Source: an uncultured Pelagibacteraceae bacterium
GTDB lineage: Bacteria > Pseudomonadota > Alphaproteobacteria > Pelagibacterales > AG-422-B15
Direction of reading: 5' to 3'
DNA length: 64,000 bases
Assembly (NCBI GenBank): GCA_902525595.1
Contig: CABZHO010000001.1
Span: 69,977-133,976 of the forward strand
Below, piece after piece: positions 59,805-64,000 of the stretch (position 1 is its first letter; every line of letters begins with the position of its first letter). Under the pieces are notes generated by a model. The model was not told the DNA's origin, searched no databases, and saw only the letters and a program-made list of their open reading frames with translations. The position numbers and the translations under genes were made by a program.

Positions 59805-60137
59805 TTACCCTCCAGGTTTATCAGAAAAATATTTCTCGTATTTATCATTTTCGTTTTTATATTTGTCAGCATCTATCAATGACTCTTTTTTTAATGTTAT
59901 GTTTGGCCATAAGTCAGCGAATTTTTGATTTATATTCAGCCATTTTCCTTTTTCATCTTCAGTATCAGAAATAATGGCATCAACTGGACACTCTGATTCG
60001 CATACACCACAATCAATACACTCATCAGGATTAATTACTAACATGTTTTCTCCTTCGTAGAAACAATCAACTGGACAAACCTCTACACAGTCCGTGTGCT
60101 TACATTTAATGCATTTATCATTAACGAGATATGTCAT
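59805..60137 (-). CDS. fdxA: 7Fe ferredoxin (3Fe-4S + 4Fe-4S)
   Basis: Cys clusters [14 protein letters not shown] and [12 protein letters not shown]. 110 aa. Confidence 0.93.
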   Translation of the reverse strand: MTYLVNDKCIKCKHTDCVEVCPVDCFYEGENMLVINPDECIDCGVCESECPVDAIISDTEDEKGKWLNINQKFADLWPNITLKKESLIDADKYKNENDKYEKYFSDKPGG

Positions 60138-60140
60138 TAT

Positions 60141-60578
60141 TTAATTAGTAAGTTTTTTTTTGATCTCACCTACAGCAAAATCATCAATGTATAGTAAACC
60201 TGATATTTTTCTTATAAGTGCATTTTCATAGTCATCAATCTTACCGTCAGCTATTACTATTTTCCACAGCATTTCGATGATCTCTAGCTTCTCATCATCA
60301 CTTAGGGATGAGTTAATTTTTGAAGTGAATTGGTGTATATCGTTTGCCTGACTCAAAAGTATTGAGGCAGCATCGAATAATTCATTTAACTGTTGATCTT
60401 TTAAAGAATAATAATTACCTAAAAGTATCATAATTTCTTTTTTTTCAACTTCATCAAATTCGCCATCATGCAAGGCAGTTGAAATCATAAGAGAACTCAC
60501 TGCTAATTGAACTGCATCAATTTCTATACTTTTGGCCTTTTCTTCTTTCTCAAAAAGTGTTTTAAATTTTTCAAACAT
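60141..60578 (-). CDS. TerB-like (tellurite-resistance TerB family) protein
   Basis: 145 aa with two repeats of the ADG..D..E pattern (HDGEFDEVEKKEI, ADGKIDDYENALI). Confidence 0.7.
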   Translation of the reverse strand: MFEKFKTLFEKEEKAKSIEIDAVQLAVSSLMISTALHDGEFDEVEKKEIMILLGNYYSLKDQQLNELFDAASILLSQANDIHQFTSKINSSLSDDEKLEIIEMLWKIVIADGKIDDYENALIRKISGLLYIDDFAVGEIKKKLTN

Positions 60579-60752
60579 GGAATTTTCTTTGTATAGCTAT
60601 TAAATAAAAATACAATATATAGTATCCAATTGAGAACAAAGTGAGTAAATTATGTGACCGAATCATCAACTTGCTATGTTCTTTAAATATTCTAATTCTA
60701 TTTATAATTAAATAATTATATATATCACTTACTTATATTTTTAAAGTTTCTT

Positions 60753-62900
60753 ATGACAGATAAATTTAGAGAAAATTTTGGTAATTGGCAAAAAAGCTTT
60801 GAGAAAGAAACCAAACAAAGTTCTGTAAAAGCAAATTCTGATACCGATGAAGGTATAGAAATTAAGCCTGTTTACACGAAAGATGATCTTAAAAAACTGT
60901 CTTTTGTCGAAGAAAACTCGCTTCCTGGGCAATGGCCTTATACTAGAGGTCCTAAAGCCTCAATGTATACAAATAGACCCTGGACTATCAGGCAATACGC
61001 AGGATTCTCCACGGCAGAGGAGTCAAATGAATTTTACAAAAAAAATTTAGAATCTGGTCAAAAAGGTTTGTCTGTTGCGTTTGATTTACCGACTCATAGA
61101 GGTTACGACTCAGATGATGATTTGGTTATGGGAGATGTTGGCAAGGCTGGCGTTGCCATAGATACTGTTGAAGACATGAAAATTTTATTTAATGAAATCC
61201 CATTAGATAAAATGTCTGTATCAATGACTATGAATGGAGCTGTTTTACCAGTCTTATCAGCTTTTGTTGTTGCTGGAGAAGAACAGAATGTAAAAAAAAA
61301 TTTATTATCTGGAACAATTCAGAATGATATTTTGAAGGAATTTATGGTACGTAACACGTACATTTATCCTCCTGAACCTTCCATGAAAATTGTTGCTGAT
61401 ATTATTGAATTTACATCAAAAGAAATGCCAAAATTTAATTCAATTTCAATTTCTGGATATCATATGCAAGAGGCTGGCGCAGATAACGTATTAGAATTAG
61501 CCTATACTTTAGCAGATGGAATGGAATATGTAAGGGCTGCAATGTCTAAGGGTTTAAATGTTGATAATTTCGCTCCAAGACTCTCATTTTTTTTTGCAAT
61601 TGGAACTGATTTTTTTATGGAGATAGCAAAATTAAGAGCTGCGAGAACTTTATGGTCAAAAATAATGAAAGACTTCGGAGCTAAAAATGAGAAGTCACTA
61701 ATTTTAAGGACTCATTGTCAAACTTCAGGAGTTTCATTGACTGAGAAAGATCCCTACAACAATATTATAAGAACTTCCTATGAAGCAATGTCAGCTATAC
61801 TTGGAGGTACACAAAGTTTACATACAAATTCATTTGATGAGGCAATTGCCTTACCCACTGATGAGTCTGCGCGTATAGCAAGAAATACACAGCTTATTCT
61901 TCAAAATGAAACAGGCGTCACTAAAACAGTAGATCCATTAGCAGGATCATATTTTGTTGAGAGTTTAACTGAAGAGCTTTCACAAAAAGCATGGGAAATC
62001 ATTCAGGAAATAGAAGAATTAGGAGGAATGACTAAAGCGGTTAAAGCTGGCATTCCAAAATTAAAGATTGAGGAGTCTGCCACAAAAAAACAAGCAAAAG
62101 TCGATAGTGGAAATAGGGTAGTTGTCGGAGTCAATAAATTTAAGAATCCAAAAGAACCATCAGTCGATGTAAGAGTAATTGATAACAATAAAGTCAGAGA
62201 TGATCAAATAAAAAAAATTGAAGAAATTAAAGGCACTAGAAATCAAAAAGCTGTTGAAAAATCATTAAGTGATTTAACAAATGCAGCAAAAGAAAATTCG
62301 AACTTATTGGCTTATTCAATTGAGGCTATTAAAAATAGAGCTACGATAGGTGAGGTATCTAAGGCTTTAGAGGAAGTCTATGGAAGACACTTTGCAACAA
62401 GCTTAAGTGTTTCGGGGGTATATGGTAAGCATTTTGAAAATGACGAGGATTTTATGAATGTGAAGGATAAAGTTGAAGGTTTCGAAAAATCTAACGGCAG
62501 AAGACCAAGAGTATTAATTGTAAAAATGGGCCAAGATGGACATGATAGAGGTGCAAAAATTGTTGCAACTTCATTTGCTGACATGGGATTTGATGTCGAT
62601 ATGGGCCCACTTTTTCAATCACCTAAGGATGTTGCTAAAGATGCAATTGAAAATGATGTACATGCAATTGGTGTTTCAACCTTAGCCGCTGGTCACAAAA
62701 CTCTAGTCCCTGAATTGATGAAAAGCCTAAAAGAACTAGATCCTAATTCTAAAATGATTGTTTTTGTAGGTGGAGTGATTCCAGAGCAAGATTATGACTT
62801 TTTGTATAAAAATAATATTTCAGCGATTTTTGGACCTGGATCAAACATAATTGAGTCAGCAGAAAAAGTGATCGATTTAATATCGACAAATTTAGAATGA
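60753..62900 (+). CDS. mcm: methylmalonyl-CoA mutase (fused large form, AdoCbl-dependent)
   Basis: [35 protein letters not shown], and a C-terminal B12 domain with [12 protein letters not shown] (DxHxxG). Confidence 0.93.
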   Translation: MTDKFRENFGNWQKSFEKETKQSSVKANSDTDEGIEIKPVYTKDDLKKLSFVEENSLPGQWPYTRGPKASMYTNRPWTIRQYAGFSTAEESNEFYKKNLESGQKGLSVAFDLPTHRGYDSDDDLVMGDVGKAGVAIDTVEDMKILFNEIPLDKMSVSMTMNGAVLPVLSAFVVAGEEQNVKKNLLSGTIQNDILKEFMVRNTYIYPPEPSMKIVADIIEFTSKEMPKFNSISISGYHMQEAGADNVLELAYTLADGMEYVRAAMSKGLNVDNFAPRLSFFFAIGTDFFMEIAKLRAARTLWSKIMKDFGAKNEKSLILRTHCQTSGVSLTEKDPYNNIIRTSYEAMSAILGGTQSLHTNSFDEAIALPTDESARIARNTQLILQNETGVTKTVDPLAGSYFVESLTEELSQKAWEIIQEIEELGGMTKAVKAGIPKLKIEESATKKQAKVDSGNRVVVGVNKFKNPKEPSVDVRVIDNNKVRDDQIKKIEEIKGTRNQKAVEKSLSDLTNAAKENSNLLAYSIEAIKNRATIGEVSKALEEVYGRHFATSLSVSGVYGKHFENDEDFMNVKDKVEGFEKSNGRRPRVLIVKMGQDGHDRGAKIVATSFADMGFDVDMGPLFQSPKDVAKDAIENDVHAIGVSTLAAGHKTLVPELMKSLKELDPNSKMIVFVGGVIPEQDYDFLYKNNISAIFGPGSNIIESAEKVIDLISTNLE

Positions 62901-62906
62901 TAATAA

Positions 62907-63872
62907 ATGGAATTGGCTGAAAAAATTATTAATGGTGAAAGAGCAGCAATTGCTAAAGCTATTACTTTAGTAGAGTCTTCAAAGCAAGATGACAGAATTG
63001 AAAGCAGAAAGTTAATTTCTCAATTAATTGATAACCCTGGTAAATCTATTAGAGTTGGATTTTCTGGCCCTCCGGGTGTTGGCAAATCAACTTTTATAGA
63101 GTCTTTTGGAAGTTACTTAGTTGGGAAAGAATTTAAATTAGGAATACTGGCAATTGATCCATCGTCTCAAATAACAGGTGGCTCAATTCTAGGTGATAAA
63201 ACAAGAATGATAGAAATATCAAAAAATCCTAATACATTTATCAGATCTACACCATCCAGGGGATCATTGGGTGGGATTTCTAATGGTACTAGAGAAGCCT
63301 CAATTATTCTAGATGCAGCAGGATTTGATTATATTTTTATAGAGACAGTTGGAGTAGGACAGTCCGAAGTTGTTGCAAGTAATTTAGTGGATATTTTTTC
63401 TTTGATAGTCGGGCCTGGCTCAGGTGATGAATTACAAGGTATAAAAAAAGGAATAACTGAGTACGCTGATATATTTATTGTTAATAAAAATGATGGTAAT
63501 TTAAAAATAGAGGCATCTAAGACTGCAGCAGATTATAAATCAGCAATAAGTTATTATAAAAAAAATGAAGATTCTAGCAGTAAAGAAGTCCTTCTTGTTT
63601 CGGCAATTGAACAAACTGGAATGGATGAAGTAATTAACACAATTCAAGGAATTGTTTTACAAAACAAAAAAAATAATAGCTTTGAAAGTAAAAGAAGTGA
63701 ACAATTAAAGTTTTGGCTTAGTGAGGAAGTTAAAAATATAATGCAATTGAACATTCAAAGAAAGATTGATAAAGCAGGAAGTATCGGTCACTTCTCAGAT
63801 AGGATAATTAATGGTGATATTTCTATGTATGATGCAATAGAGACCATTACCAATAAGTTGCAGAACGAATAA
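62907..63872 (+). CDS. meaB: methylmalonyl-CoA mutase-associated GTPase
   Basis: P-loop GPPGVGKST, ETVGVGQSE and NKND G4 motifs. Lies immediately after mcm. Confidence 0.92.
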   Translation: MELAEKIINGERAAIAKAITLVESSKQDDRIESRKLISQLIDNPGKSIRVGFSGPPGVGKSTFIESFGSYLVGKEFKLGILAIDPSSQITGGSILGDKTRMIEISKNPNTFIRSTPSRGSLGGISNGTREASIILDAAGFDYIFIETVGVGQSEVVASNLVDIFSLIVGPGSGDELQGIKKGITEYADIFIVNKNDGNLKIEASKTAADYKSAISYYKKNEDSSSKEVLLVSAIEQTGMDEVINTIQGIVLQNKKNNSFESKRSEQLKFWLSEEVKNIMQLNIQRKIDKAGSIGHFSDRIINGDISMYDAIETITNKLQNE

Positions 63873-63915
63873 TCATATTGACAATAAATATTTAAATCAT
63901 TACTAAACACTAATT

Positions 63916-64000
63916 ATGACAAAAGCATGTGATCTTTCAGGAAAAAAAGTTCAATTTGGTAACAATGTTAGCAAAGCTAATAACAAAACAAGACGCAAGT
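63916..64000 (+). CDS. rpmB: 50S ribosomal protein L28, 3'-truncated by window edge
   Basis: My translation [28 protein letters not shown] matches the L28 N-terminal consensus (C.LTGK....GNNVSHANNKT.RR). Confidence 0.85.
   Translation, partial: MTKACDLSGKKVQFGNNVSKANNKTRRK

Noticed and set aside
60579-60752. Possible cobalamin riboswitch upstream of mcm, and likewise 40586-40718 upstream of ecm.
   Set aside because: The regions are only about 130-175 nt, extremely AT-rich, and lack a GCCACUG-like B12 box or GC-rich helices. They are too short for the known aptamer plus an expression platform.
63878-63906. TTGACA-17-TACTAA promoter-like element before rpmB.
   Set aside because: The -10 match is poor, and it would leave almost no leader or SD. 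The evidence is insufficient to call it.

Overview
By eye the window is about 30% GC and over 90% coding, with many 1-15 nt gene overlaps. It looks like the chromosomal core of a streamlined marine alphaproteobacterium of SAR11/Pelagibacterales or HIMB59 type; this taxon call is inference from gene content and order. I see no CRISPR array, transposase, prophage or recognisable defence system. Content in order: lpdA (5'-truncated), a small lipid-hydroxylase module, xer recombinase, transaldolase, priA and atpHAGDC. A gapless 10-gene minus-strand string follows (rplU-rpmA-obg-proB-proA-nadD-rsfS-rlmH-ctpA-rppH). Then come DUF1015-serC-serA-gpmA, phaA-phaB, gloB, and metX-metW behind a structured leader. 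Next are hisC-tyrC, plsC, lysA, a small lipoprotein and argH. An ethylmalonyl-CoA pathway core follows: etfBA, PduO-type adenosyltransferase, a HIG1-like protein, a putative mcd, ccr, and divergent ecm. After it come coq7-dsbB, tRNA-Leu, pabBC, and a FATP-like acyl-CoA synthetase. This sits next to an MMPL / LolA-like / beta-barrel envelope triad. Then come ispH, rpoH, tRNA-Arg, and a 79-aa lysine-rich histone-like gene built from 57-nt repeats. The window ends with a CarD homologue carrying a polylysine N-terminal extension, fdxA, a TerB-like gene, mcm-meaB and the start of rpmB. Most worth follow-up: (a) the convergent pair of the polylysine protein and the extended CarD, with its extreme A/T-tract upstream region; (b) the uncharacterised MMPL/LolA-like/barrel triad; (c) the B12-dependent ethylmalonyl-CoA module in a streamlined genome; (d) a candidate SAM-II/SAM-V-like riboswitch plus attenuator upstream of metX; (e) a 40-aa LptM/LppL-like lipoprotein gene missing from the ORF track. 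Product calls rest on motifs I recognise in the translations and on conserved synteny. No database search was run.
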